DNA of 64,000 nucleotides, from the NCBI RefSeq assembly GCF_004010195.1, contig NC_057752.1:9433323-9497322 (forward strand). The letters are read 5' to 3'. The notes below the pieces were generated by a model. That model had not been told where the DNA came from. It was given only the letters and a program-made list of their open reading frames with translations, and did no database searches. Shown here one piece after another: positions 52,350 through 64,000 of the stretch. Both the position numbers and the translations under genes were made by a program. The stretch comes from Chiloscyllium plagiosum (taxonomy: Eukaryota). The stretch's first letter is position 1; each line of letters starts with the position of its first letter.

Positions 52350-53734
52350 ATGAAAAGCTGTGCAAGCCAAATGAGTTAGTGTGGACTCAATGACTATAGT
52401 GATTTAAATTCCATTTTTATAGCCTTCTCATCAATGATTTTGGATATTTTTAAAAATTGCATTCAGTTCACTGTGTATGGTTTAAAATGTTTAGCATTAT
52501 AATTTGAATTTAATGTTAACCACCTGACATATACATCTTTGCTTGAACATATGGTAAGGTGCAATACATGCAAGTCAAAGTCCACAAATATTCTCTTCAG
52601 TTTTTAAATACACTTCCTAGCTTCATCAAACTTCTATGGTTTACCCATGCACGTTCCATGTTGCTTTCCTTGCTTCTCCACAGACTGACCATGTCTTTTT
52701 TAGATAATGCACCTTGGAAACCTGCTTCTGCCAAATGAAATGCTTCACTTTTTTTGGGTTTCAACTTTTCCTTCGATGACCTTTTTGATTTTGAATGATG
52801 TGGGCCCCAAACCAAAGAAAAACAGTTTGATGTGAATTATCAGCAGAATGAAAAGGTGGTGAGTGACACTGACCAGGGAGGGGATAAATGACTTAATGGA
52901 GCAACTAATTTTTAGACTTTTTTGGTGAGATGGGTATGAGGGATGCTTGAGGGCTAAGTGACTAGTGGGAGGTTGGCAGATGGAAGCAGAATGAATCTGT
53001 CCTTGATGACTTAGCGAGGATGGGGTATGATTGTATCATTTGATTTGCTGTGGAATATGGGGGATATTTTTGCTTTCTGGGATGTTTTAGGATTATAAAT
53101 GCCAAAATGCAACATGCTGTGTTTATTTAATAAACACTTCCTGGAATATAATTGTTCCATGTATAATTGGAATATAATGAATGAAATCTTTTTTCAGTTG
53201 TTCTATTCAGGAAAAAAGTAGTTCAAACATTGTTCTAATTTTTATGTTTTAAAAATAATTACTTTTACTGCTTTGAACATGTTTTTTCCTGTGAGCTCTG
53301 TGCTTAGTAACTTGGCATTGATCCACATGTTTAGAAGAGGGGTGGGCATTGCAAGGCAGTATATATTTTGAATAGCATTGGCTGAAAGCAAGACTAAAAC
53401 ATTTCCAAGTGTGGAAAGTAATCTCCTTCCAATCGGAGTTTTCTCATCAGGTTGTTTTTATGCATAGTCAGAATTTTGAGATGTACTACCCTGGTGGCAA
53501 TCCTTTGTGCTGGTGGAAAGGTTGCTTTGGACAATCCAGTTAACCTTGCTGGTACTGAAAGTATTATTCAGACATTTCATACAGGGTGTGTTTCACCTTT
53601 TTTTTTCCTTTTGAAGGGTTTTTGAGAGACCAACAAACGTTTTCAGGTTTATATTTTTAAACATCTCTCTGTATATAGAATCATATTCATAAGTCAATAT
53701 TTTAAATTTCTTCTTCATCATCCCTGGACACGTA

Positions 53735-54100
53735 CCTCAAAGTAAGCATACAGCTGCATCAGGTAGTGAAGGCAGAAAATGATATGTTGGCTTTCAGAGC
53801 AAGATATTTCCAGTACCAGAGCCAGGGATGTCTTCCAGCAATTGTACAGGGCATCGGTGAGACCACACCTGGAATATTGTGTGCAGTTTTGGTAGTCTCC
53901 TCCTAAGGGAGGGTGTTCTGACTATGGAGGGAATGCAACAAAAGTTCAGCAGGAATAGCAGGATTGATGTACAAAGAGAGATTGGATTGGTTCAGACTAT
54001 ATTCACTGGAGATTAAAAGGATGAGGGGGAATCTCCTAGAATTCTGTAAAATTCTAACTGGACACGATGGAGTAAATGCAGGAAGGATGTTCCTGATGCA
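53735..54100 (+). mobile_element. CR1 ORF2 fragment
   Basis: LYRA.VRPHLEYCVQFW, YKERLD..RLYSLE..RMRG. Confidence 0.75.
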
Positions 54101-55017
54101 CATAATCAGGAGTAGGCCACTTAGCCCCTTGAGCCTGCTCTGCTATTCAGTGTGATCATGGTTGATCTGTTTGTAATCTTAATTCCACATTCCTGCTTCC
54201 CCAATAGCCTTTCAACACCTTGCTTAACAAGAATCTGTCCACCTCTGACTTAAACACGTTCAAGGATTCTGTTTCCATCGCCTTTGCAGGAAGAGAGTTC
54301 CAAGGACTCCCCATACAGAAATGATTTTGAGTCGCTCATTTAAAACAAAGAGGCAAAGTTTCTCAACAGCCACAGGAGTTTTAGTAAAAGTTAAATACTG
54401 TGGATGCTGGAAATCTGAAACCGATACAAAGAATGTTAGATAAATGCAGCAGGCTGGGCAGCATCTCTGGGAGAAACAGTCAACGTTTCAAGTCCAGTAC
54501 GACACTTCTTGAAATCGCACTGAACGTGAAATGTTAATTGTTACGTTTGCTGCCAATGCTGCCAACCCTAATGATAGAATCTCCCATAACAAGAAACGTC
54601 CTCTCCACGTCCACTCTGCCTAGATCCCTCAGGTCTTCTATTTCAATCAAGTTGTTCTTTAATCTTCTAACGTCCAGTGGGTGCAAGCCCAGCCTATCTA
54701 ACTATCCTTAATCAACAGTGTATCTGTTTCGGGGATTAGTCTAGTAAACCTTCTGTAAATGCGTTGGAAGCAGTTCACATCCTTCCTTAAATTGGGACAG
54801 CAATACTGTACACAGTACTACAGATGTCGAATGCCCAGTGCCCTGTATAACCTCCTACTTTTGTATTCTATTTTTATTGTAATAAATTAACATTCTCGGC
54901 TTTCGTGATTACTTGCTGTACCTGCGTAGTAATATTTTGCGATATGTGGCACTGTCACCCAGGTCTGTGCATCTAAGAGCTCTGCAATCACTCACTATCT
55001 AGATAAAATGCTTCCTT

Positions 55018-55266
55018 AGGGTGTAGGTTTGCTCACTGAGCTGTGGGTTTGATAGCCAGACGTTTCATTACCTGGCTAGATAACATCATCAGTGGCGACC
55101 TCCAAGTGAAGCGAAGCTGTTGTCTCCTGATTTCTACTGCTGTTAACAGGAGACAACAGCTTCGCTTCACTTGGAGGTCGCCACTGATGATGTTACCTAG
55201 CCAGGTAATGAAACGTTTGGATATCAAACCCACACCCTAAACCTCAACCTGAGCTACAAACCTTGC
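55018..55266. mobile_element. Family B hairpin element with 13-bp TSD
   Basis: Arms 55042-55129 and 55147-55234 (88 bp, 3 mismatches), 17-nt loop; TSD aaaatgcttcctt at 55005-55017 and 55267-55279. Confidence 0.88.
55055..55096 (-). ncRNA. Minimal hammerhead motif, family B (plus-strand copy at 55181-55220 with GUU triplet)
   Basis: Minus: GCCA-CTGATGA-T-GTTATCT-agcc-AGGTAAT-GAAA-C-GTC-TGGC. Plus: CCA-CTGATGA-T-GTTACCT-agcc-AGGTAAT-GAAA-C-GTT-TGG. Confidence 0.75.
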
Positions 55267-55929
55267 AAAATGCTTCCTTTTTATTCTTCCTTTCAAAAAT
55301 GGATGTTTTCACATTTTTCACATTATACTTCGATTTACTACAACTTACTTTCCTGCCCATGTGTGTTGTCAGCATATTTGGCAACCATGTCTTCTGTTCC
55401 TTCATCAAGGTCATTTATATAAATGGTAAACAGTTAAGGTCTGAGCACTGGTCCTTGTGGTGCACACATATTACATCTTGCCAGTCTTCCTGTTAGCCAG
55501 TTAATCATCTATCTATGCCAATATGCTGCCCCTTACTCAATGAGCTTGTCTTTTCCTCAACCTTTTGATGTGGCACCTTATCAAATGCATTTTGGAAATC
55601 CAAATGCAGTACAGTCACCTGTTCCCTTTATCTACAGCATGTGTTACCTCCAAGAACTACAATAGATTGGACAATCCTGATTTCCATTTCACCATACCAT
55701 GTTGACTCTGCCTGATTACTTTGAACTTATCAACGTGCCATTGGAACTACTTTAATAATAGTTTCCCTTTGGCAAATGTTAAGCTGAAAGGGCTTTAGTT
55801 TCAATTTTGGTCATCCTTTGTTGCTTATAATATTTTGTACAGTTATCTGACCATTTTATATGCTTGTTTTTAGAAAACGTTTGTTACAATCTTTAACATT
55901 TCTAGTTGAACATGATGCTCAGTCCATCA

Positions 55930-56210
55930 CTAGTGTGGAGTTTAGAACCAGAGGTCATCGTCTAAGGATACGAGCTAGGGCATTTTAGGACTGAGGAAAT
56001 GTTTTCTTTGCCCAGAGAGCGGTGAGCCTATGGAACGCTGTCATAGAAAGTGGTTGAGGTCAAAACAGTGAATGTTTTTCAAGGAGTTAGATGTAGACTT
56101 TAGGATTTAAAGGGATCAAAAGGTTTGGGAAGAAAGCAGGGACAGGATATTGAGTTGGATGATCAGACAAGCGGGCCCAAAGCTGGATAGCCCACTTTCT
56201 ATTCTTTTTC
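55930..56210 (+). mobile_element. CR1 3' fragment
   Basis: tagaaccagaggtcatcgtctaagg...cccagagagcggtgagcctatggaa. Confidence 0.7.
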
Positions 56211-56479
56211 TGTAACCTGTTTACCTTTGAGTGATAGTGGCCCTTGGAACTGACTCCAAGCTCCATGAAGCCTTTTTGTTGATTTACTGCATCTTGCCTA
56301 GAGTTTGTTTTAGAGGAAGCTCTTGGATCACCATCCACTGCAGTGATCAATCCTGGCTTACGCAAAATATAGCGGGGCATTCCATGAGTAACTCCAGGCA
56401 AACCTTATACAGTTGCTTACCATGAAAGCAACATGCTTGGTTAGTGCTAAATCTTTCAGAACAAAGGTTCTGCAGCTCT

Positions 56480-57250
56480 ACCACATCCAGTAGCAAGTAA
56501 CACTCATCCCACACAAATGCCAGGCAATGAGCACCTCTAATAAAAGACAAACTAACCACCACCCCCTGACATCTCATGATGTTACCATCACTGAATTCCC
56601 CCACTATAAACATCCTGGGAGTTACTATTGATTAGGAACTGAATTGGGCTAACCATATAATACAGTGACTACAGCAGCAGGTCAGAGAGTAACTCTCCTC
56701 CTGACTCCCCAAAGCCTGTCCACCATCTACAAGGCAAAGTCAGGAATAGGATAGAATATTCCCCACTTGTCTGGATGGGTGCAGCTCCAACAACACTCCA
56801 GAAGCTTGACACCACCCAAGACAAAGCAACCTGCAAAATTGGCATCGCATCCACAAGTGTCCACTCCCTCCACTGCTGACACTTTGTAGACAGTATACAT
56901 TACTGCTATGAGATGCACTGTGAAAGTTCATGAAAGATCCTTAGACAGCACCTTCCAAACCCATCTAGAAGGACAAGGGCAGCAGATACATAGGAACACC
57001 ACCACCACCTGCATGTTCCTGTCCAAGGCACACTCTGTCCTGACTTGGAAATATATTACCATTTCTTCGGTGTCGCTGGGTCAAAATCCTGGAATTCCCT
57101 CCCTAATGGCATTGTGGGTCAACCTACACCAAATGGAATGCAGCGGTTCAAGAAGGCAGCGCACCACCACCACCTTGAGGGCAACAAGTGATAGGCAATA
57201 AATGCTGCTCAGCCAGTGATGTCCATGTCTCACCAGTGAATAAAAATAAT
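56480..57250 (+). mobile_element. Non-LTR retroelement 3' part (same family as 17330)
   Basis: ILGVTID..LNW, LSTIYKA.VR..IEYSPLVW, tail aaatgctg...cagtgatg. Confidence 0.7.
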
Positions 57251-57329
57251 GAATGCTTTTTAAGATTGTAACCAATTAATTTACCCTTCCTCATGCAGTT
57301 TTTATTGTGCCATGGTATTTGGAATTTAC

Positions 57330-58460
57330 TGGCTAACCTAGCATTTACTGCCCTGGAGAAGGTGGTGAGTCACTGCCTTGAATTGCTGAAGTATGTGTGG
57401 TGTAGGAATACCCACAGTGCTGTAAAGGAGTTCCAGCATTTTAACCCAGTAATCGTGAAGGAATGGCAATGTTTCCAAATCAGTGGTATGTGGTTCAGAG
57501 GGAAACTTGCAAGTGTTTGCTGCCTTTTTTTTTCCTCAAGAGGTTGAGAATTTGGAAGGTGCTGTTGAAGAATCCTTGGTGAGTTGCTGCAGAGCATCTT
57601 GAAGACAGTACACACTGCTTCTGTGATGGAGGGAATCTTTGGGGAGTTGGGAGATGAGCTATTTCCTGCAGAACCTCCAGCCTCTGAACTGTCCTTGTAG
57701 CCACAGCATTTGTATCAGGTCCAGTTCAGTTTCTGGTCACTGGTAACAGGGCAGGAACTTGGTGACAGTAATCTTAGTGTCAAGAGGCGATGGTTACATT
57801 CTCTCGGTGCAAGATGATCATTGGGTAACCTCCGTGTTACTTGCTATATATCAGCCCAGCTCTGGATATCGTCCAGGTCATGATGCATTTGAACTTCATT
57901 GTCTGAGGTGTTGAACATAGCGCAAGCATCAGTGAGCATCCTATTTCTGACCTTGAAAGAGGGAAGGTAACTGAAGCAGCAGAACATGGTTGGATCAAGG
58001 ACACTACCCTGAGGAACTGTGGCTCTTGTGGCCTCTGGATCAGGAGCACAGGTTCAAGTTCCAACTGCTCCAGAGGCATGTAATAATATCTCTGAGCAGG
58101 TTGGTTAGAAAACAAGTAACTAGTTTAGGCATGCCTTCTCTAGAGCAGAAGGTCTGGGTTCAAGTCCCACCTATTTGAGTGTGTAATAATGCCCTAGAGC
58201 TAAGATAACTGACCTCCAACGATCACCACCATCTTCCTTTGCTGACTGGAATCCTATCCAGAAGATTTTTTTTCTGCCTGCTTTCCATCGATTCCAGTTT
58301 TGCCAGGGCTCCTTGATGCCTCACATTGGTCAAATGCAGCCTTGATGTCAAGGGTTGTCACTCTCTCCTCCCCTCTGGAATTCAGTTCTTTTGTCCATGT
58401 TTGAACCAAGGCTGGAATGAGGTCAGGAGCTGAGTAGCCCTGGCAGAACCCAAACTAAAT
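57330..58460 (-). mobile_element. Same non-LTR family, antisense, fragmented
   Basis: caaatgcagccttgatgtcaagggttgtcactct is antisense of RVT.LDIKAAFD. Confidence 0.7.
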
Positions 58461-59659
58461 GTCAAACTTTTCCAAATGGAATAAAACATTGCATAAATAT
58501 TTTGTACCATAGCTGAAGTATGTGCTGTTGTGGCTTGTTTACCTGAAAAGCTTTGTTTTTAATCTGAAAGGTTTATCGTTACATGTTCAAAAGATAATTA
58601 TGTGCAGCTGTTTTATGATTTCAGGTGGAAAATTTTAATGCACAGTACAAGAGAAGGGTTTTATTTGTTGTTTGTAGACTGGACCTGGGATTCCTCTTGC
58701 ATGTCTAAGTAGCTGCTTTTAAACCAGAAGGGGGATTGAGTAAAACGCAGTGTTTTAAATAGTCACCTGGATGAGAGTTTTTAGTATGGACATTGCAAAA
58801 GATGAATTGTCCATGATGGTTTGACCATATTCAAGGAGGTTTCAGTGTGTGACATTCTGCATTATATCAAAGTGAAAACGCCATTTCTTAAGCTGTGATT
58901 CTTCCAGTCGTTGGGAATCTTGTTTGCATTTAGCCAGAAGCTATTGTTTTAGTAGCCTCCTGGGATACTGACATCTGCTTTCTGTCTGTCCCGACCTGCT
59001 GGTTGTTTGGTTTTGCCCTTGTTCACTATGGATATCGTATTCCATGCACAGCTGACGCGTGTGTATGAGATTTCAGAAACTTAGTTCTTACCTGTGTTAA
59101 GTTGCCTCTAGGCAGGTGGGACTTGAACCCAAGTTGCCCAGAATTAGGGGCACTACCACTGCATCATAAATCTTTAAATATTGTTACTAGGGGCTGATGC
59201 ATTCCAGCTCCTGTGGAAAATAGTCCTTTTTTTTTTTTACACCCCTCCTGGAGTAGAAACAACTAGAATATTTAAGTGAATGTAACCAGAGGAGTGCCTT
59301 ACTAGAAGCTTTGAGTTCACTTTGACATTTTGACAGCTAGAAGTTGCCAGTGAGCCACATGGTTTTTTAGCTCATCTCTGTTGCAATTCTTTCTGATTTG
59401 TTCTGGCTTCCTCCTTTCTCCAAACTGTTACCACCTATGTGTTGCTTATGCAACCCCGTTCAGTTTGCTTTGAGGGTTTGGAATTCCAGAGCTTGTTGCC
59501 AAGATGGTATTGGTGGGGTGAAGGAAATGCTAGGTACACAAGGCCAGAATTGGATGAATGCTGTTCAGTGAAGGAATGTAAGAATGTAGGTTCTGGATTG
59601 GCTGAGAGACATGAGGAGTGGTGTGGCTTATTACAAGGGGATTCAAGTTTTCAATAGTG

Positions 59660-60350
59660 CAGGAAGGTACAGAAGGAAGCAATTTGGCCCATGTCTGTAC
59701 TGGTTCCTGAAAGAGCTACCCAGCTAGTGCCACTCTCCAGCCCTTTCTCCAAAGCCCCCTAATGTCATCACTTCCAACTCAACATCCAGCTCTTGTTTGA
59801 AACCTATGGAATCCACCTCCAACACTTTTTTTTTCCCCCGAGGCAGTACATTTCCGACTCCTAACAAGAGTAAAGAAATTTCTCCTCCTCTCACTCATTC
59901 TCTTCCTGACTATCTTGAAATTTTGATCCCTAGTTACTGACACTCCAACTAGTGGAGGCAGAATATCCTCCTTTACCCTGTCAAAATTATTCATAATATT
60001 GAACACCTCAATAATGTCACCTCTTAATCTTTTCTGCTCCATGGAGAATAAGCCCAATTTGTTTAATCTTTCCTTGTATCTAAAATCCCTCATTCCTGGT
60101 ATTATTCTAACGAATCTTCTTTGAACTCTTTCTCCAGGGCTTGAACATCCTTCTGTAAGTAAGGTGCCCAGAACTGAACACAATACTCCAAATGTGGTCT
60201 GACCAATGATTTGCAGAAGTGTAGCATCGCTTCCTTGTTTTTATACTCCTCCATGTCTCAATTTATACACCAAAGGATCCTATAAGCTGCCTTAACAACT
60301 GTTTTAACGTGCCTGGTCACACTCATGAACCCGGAGGTCCCACTGCTCCA
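59660..60350 (-). mobile_element. CR1 ORF2 C-terminus and tail
   Basis: ERVQRRFVRIIPGMRDFRYKERLNKLGLFSMEQKRLRGD (ORF 59779-60183). Confidence 0.8.
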
Positions 60351-60431
60351 GTACTTCTGTTAGGTAGCTAATTTTTAAAAATACATTCATTCATTCATTC
60401 ACAGGGTGTGAGTGTCACTGGCTAGGCCAGT

Positions 60432-61165
60432 AGGTAAGGTTCTAGGGAGTGTTGCTGAATAAAGAGACCTTGGGGTGCAGGTTCATAGCTCCTTGAAAAT
60501 GGAGTCGCAGGTAGATGGGATAGTGAAGAAGGTGTTTGGTATGCTTTCCTTTATTGGTCAGAGTATTGAGTACAGGAGTTGGGAGGTCATGTTGCAGCTG
60601 TACAGGACATTGCTTAGGCCACTTTTGGAATATTGCATGCAATTCTGGTCTCCTTCCTATCGGAAAGATGTTGTGAAACTTGAAAGGGTTCAGAAAAGAT
60701 TTACAAGGATGTTGCCAGGGTTGGAGGATCTGAGCTACAGGGAGAGGCTGAACAGGCTGGGGCTGTTTTCCCTGGAGCATCGGAGGCTGAGGCGTGGCCT
60801 TACAGAGGTTTACAAAATCGTGAGGGGCATGGAGAGGATAAATAGACGAAGTCTTTTCCCTGGGATCGGGGAGTCCAGAACTAGAGGGCATAGATTTGGG
60901 GTGAGAGGGGAAAGATTTAAAAGAGACCTACAGGGCAACTTTTTCACGCAGAGGGTGGTACGTGTATGGAATGAGCTGCCAGAGGATGTAGTGGAGGCTG
61001 GTACAATTGCAACATTTGATGGGTATATGAATAGGAAGGGTTTGGAGGGATATGGGCCAGGTGCTGGCAGGTGGGACTAGATTGGGTTGGGATATCTGGT
61101 CAGCATGGACTGGTTGGACCAAAGGGTCTGTTTCCATGCTGTACATCTCTGACTCTGACTCTAAT
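60432..61165 (+). mobile_element. Young 5'-truncated CR1 with open ORF2 C-terminus
   Basis: Uninterrupted 201-aa ORF 60475-61080 ending AGRWD*, then 3' tail with (ctctga) repeats. Confidence 0.92.
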
Positions 61166-61759
61166 TGCCCAGAGCAGTTAAGAGTCAATTTGCTGATGAC
61201 CCAAAGGTACGTAGGAAAGTGACTTGTGATGGATTAAAGTGTATTTCTGTTACAGAAACTGGTCCTGCAATTCAACACATTTTAAGCTGGTGTTTGTGCA
61301 ATTCTTGCAGTCCCTTCCTGCCATCAACATTATCCTTCAGAAAAGGGTTAGGGAGGCAGTACCCAGATGGGGCTCGTGGGGAGAAAGCTGATAGGAGGGA
61401 ATCATCAAAAATGTTACCAACAATTAACTACACCTGATTGGCAGTGGCAACCCTTGAAGACTGAATCCTACATGATCCAGCAAGGGGTGATGGGTAGGTC
61501 TTTTGAAGGAAAAGTGACATCAGCAGCTGCAGAAACAAAGTTATTCAGCAACATTGAAGCAGAATCAACCAGGATGGGCACTATTGGGAACTAGCTCAGT
61601 TGGGTGAAGAATTCCTTGGAGGAGACCGACTAGAGTGGAATAGAGGTTAAGTAGGGAATAGACTTTGTTGAAAATAGCAGCCATAGTCAAGTCCAAAATA
61701 GTTTGTTAGGGATGAGATTGGATCTTTCCCTAGAGTCCAACAGCAATAAAGTGAGCCTG

Positions 61760-63260
61760 GTCTGGCCAATTACCACCCCATCAGTTATACACTCTACCTC
61801 TTTCACTTTCACTGATAAAAATGATCAATCACAATGCTATTGAGCAGCACTTGCTCAGCAATACCCTGCTCATTAACTCTGTTTGAATTCAGCTCTGACC
61901 CCTCAGTTCCTGATCTTGTTACAGCCTTGGTCCAAACATGGACAAAATAGTTGCAGTCCAAGTGAAGTGAGAGTGACTGCCCTTGATATCAGGTTGCATT
62001 TGATAGTGTGGCATCAAGGCGCAATAGTTGAGTGTAGTGCTGAGGGTTTACTCCTGAAGAAGGGCTTAGACTCAAAACGTCGATTCTCTTCTCTTCCTTG
62101 GATGCTGCCTGACCTCCTGTGCTTTTCCAGCACCACACTCTTGACTCTGATTTCCAGCATCCGCAGTACTTCCTTTCTCCCATCAAGGAGCAGTACCAAA
62201 GCTGAAAACAATGGGATGCATTTGAGTGGGAAAATTCCTCCTGCTATTTGGAGTCATACCTGGGACAAAAGCTGATTGTGATTTGTTGGAGGTTTATCAT
62301 CCTGGGGCTGAGATATCTCTGCACGAATTTCTTGGGTTAGTGTTCTCGGCCTAGCCACCTTCAGCATCATCAATGACCTTCCCTCCGTTATAAGGTCAGA
62401 AGTGGGAACGATTGCTGATGATTGCACAACATTCAGCACCATTCGTGACTCCTCAGATACTGAAATAGTCTATTCTAAATGTGGCAACACCTGGATAATA
62501 TCCAGACTGGGGGCTAACAAATAGCAAGTAACAAAAAATAAGAATTGCTGGAAAAATTCAGGTCTGACTGCATCTGTGGAGATAAATCCAAGTTAATGTT
62601 TTTGGTCTAGTGACCCTCCTTCAGAATGCCACTAACATTCACTTCATGTTGGTGCTAGGCAATGAGCATCTCTAACAAGAGAATTCAACCTTGATGTTTG
62701 GCATAACTGACTAAATACCCCCAAGATCAACACCCTGGGGGTCATCACTGACCAGCAACTCAACTGGACAAGCCATGCAGATACTGTGGCTGGCCGAGGA
62801 AGCCAGAGGCTAGAGATCCTGCAGTGAGAAGCTCTCCTCCTGACTCCCGATAGTCTGTCCACCACTTGCAAGGCACAAGTCGGGAGTGTGATGGAATACG
62901 CTCCATTTTTCTGGTTAGCTCAGTTCCGACAACACTCGAAGAAACCCCATTTGAAGACAAAGGAATCCACTTGACACCACATCCACAAATGTCCATTCCC
63001 TCTTTCACTAACTGAGTGAGTAGCAGCAGTGTGTACTATCTACAAGATGCACTGCCAAAATTCAACAAAGATTCTTAGGTGGCACCTTCCAAACCCACAC
63101 CATCCTGAGTTGGAAATGTATCACTGTTCTTTCAGTGTTGGTGGGTTCAACTCCTGAAACTCCCTCTCTGACAGCATTGTGGGTCTACTGAAAGCACATG
63201 ACTTGCAGGTTTTAAGGAGGAAACTTGCTGCCACCACCACCTTGACGCTGACTGTGGATG
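61760..63260 (+). mobile_element. Non-LTR RT fragment (same family as 17330) with nested family A pieces
   Basis: EVRVTALDI, FS.INDLPSVIRSEVG.IADD, LGVITDQQLNWTSH. Confidence 0.75.
62027..62180 (+). mobile_element. Family A PLE end with TSD; hammerhead GAAA mutated
   Basis: cctgaagaagggcttagactcaaaacgtcg; flanked by catcaaggcgcaata (62012-62026) and catcaaggagcagta (62181-62195). Confidence 0.7.
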
Positions 63261-63593
63261 GACAACATGTTTTGTACTGCAGAGCAGGAGCAGTCCTAAA
63301 GCTCTAGGGTACACACCAGTTGATGGGAACCAACACTAGATTGTAACTAGTTACATTAAAACTGAATAGAATAGAGTAGCAGAGTCACAACAACCAATTT
63401 TAACAGTGGTATTCCGAGAGGACAGGAAACCAAATGTGAGTAGAATTAAAACAGGAGCAATACTGGAAGAATACTGAGCATTTTGTTTTCTCTTAAATGT
63501 TTTGGCTTAAAGTTGCCCTTTGGTGAGCTGATTTATATATGTTGAATGGATTATAGTGCATTTGTGATCTGTGCTTGGTTAAATAGTACAAAC

Positions 63594-63901
63594 CTGAAAA
63601 TGTGTTGCTGGAACAGCGCAGCAGGTCAGGCAGCATCCAGGGAACAGGAGAATCGACGTTTCGGGCATAAGCCCTTCTTCAGGGGAAAAAAAAACAAACA
63701 CCTGTTAAATTTTAACCATTTTTTTTTTTAAATTAAAAAATGGTCTTAAACTAGGAAAAGATGCAAAGATAACAGCTCAAAACAGCTTATGCCCGAAACG
63801 TCGATTCTCCTGTTCCCTGGATGCTGCCCAACCTGCTGCGCTGTTCCAGCAACACGTTTTCTGCTCTGATCTCCAGCATCTGCAGACTTCACTTTCTCCC
63901 C
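63594..63901. mobile_element. Family A hairpin element with 13-bp TSD; hammerhead core on minus strand at 63654-63683
   Basis: Arms 63596-63672 and 63785-63861; tail to ~63900; TSD aaatagtacaaac at 63581-63593 and 63902-63914. Confidence 0.85.
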
Positions 63902-64000
63902 AAATAGTACAAACAACAATTGAAAGTGAATTTCAGAAACTTTTATTTGTTAATGATGTTTCTCACCACCGTTCCTTTCTTTGCCTGATACATAACTTTT

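Larger units (their letters stand above)
54100..55800 (-). mobile_element. Old CR1 on minus strand with nested PLE-type pieces
   Basis: aggagtaggccacttagcccctt tail; tgtggcaccttatcaaatgcattttggaaatcc is antisense DFQNAFDKVPH. Confidence 0.7.

Noticed and set aside
55033..55240. Two near-identical ORFs on opposite strands
   Set aside because: Consequence of the DNA palindrome; no sign of a real protein
62054..62082. Sense-strand hammerhead in CERS6 intron
   Set aside because: GAAA is mutated to AAAA and stem II is disrupted, so it is predicted inactive
48304..64000. CERS6 exon 2
   Set aside because: No matching peptide with splice sites recognised; probably beyond the window

Overview
Repeat-rich vertebrate genomic DNA. 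It is most likely from a cartilaginous fish (shark), inferred from HE1/V-SINE-like SINEs, DeuSINEs and abundant CR1. Two host genes are recognisable, each only by its first coding exon, and they are arranged head-to-head: STK39 (SPAK kinase; minus strand, 3663-3735) and CERS6 (ceramide synthase 6; plus strand, 48134-48303, with a CRE/GC-box promoter). The ~44 kb between them and the CERS6 first intron are filled with nested transposon fragments: CR1, L2, Rex/Babar, Tx1-like, Gypsy with solo LTRs, a full-length Tigger/pogo with TIRs, SINEs and Penelope-like elements (PLEs). The most striking signal is a set of short (~150-460 bp) hairpin insertions, several with 11-16 bp target-site duplications. 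Their arms carry minimal type I hammerhead-ribozyme motifs (CUGANGA-N-stem II-GAAA-palindrome-NUH) from three sequence-distinct families. Two of these families can be linked within this window to Neptune-type and Poseidon-type PLE coding remnants. All calls are by eye with no alignments run, so repeat boundaries are approximate.
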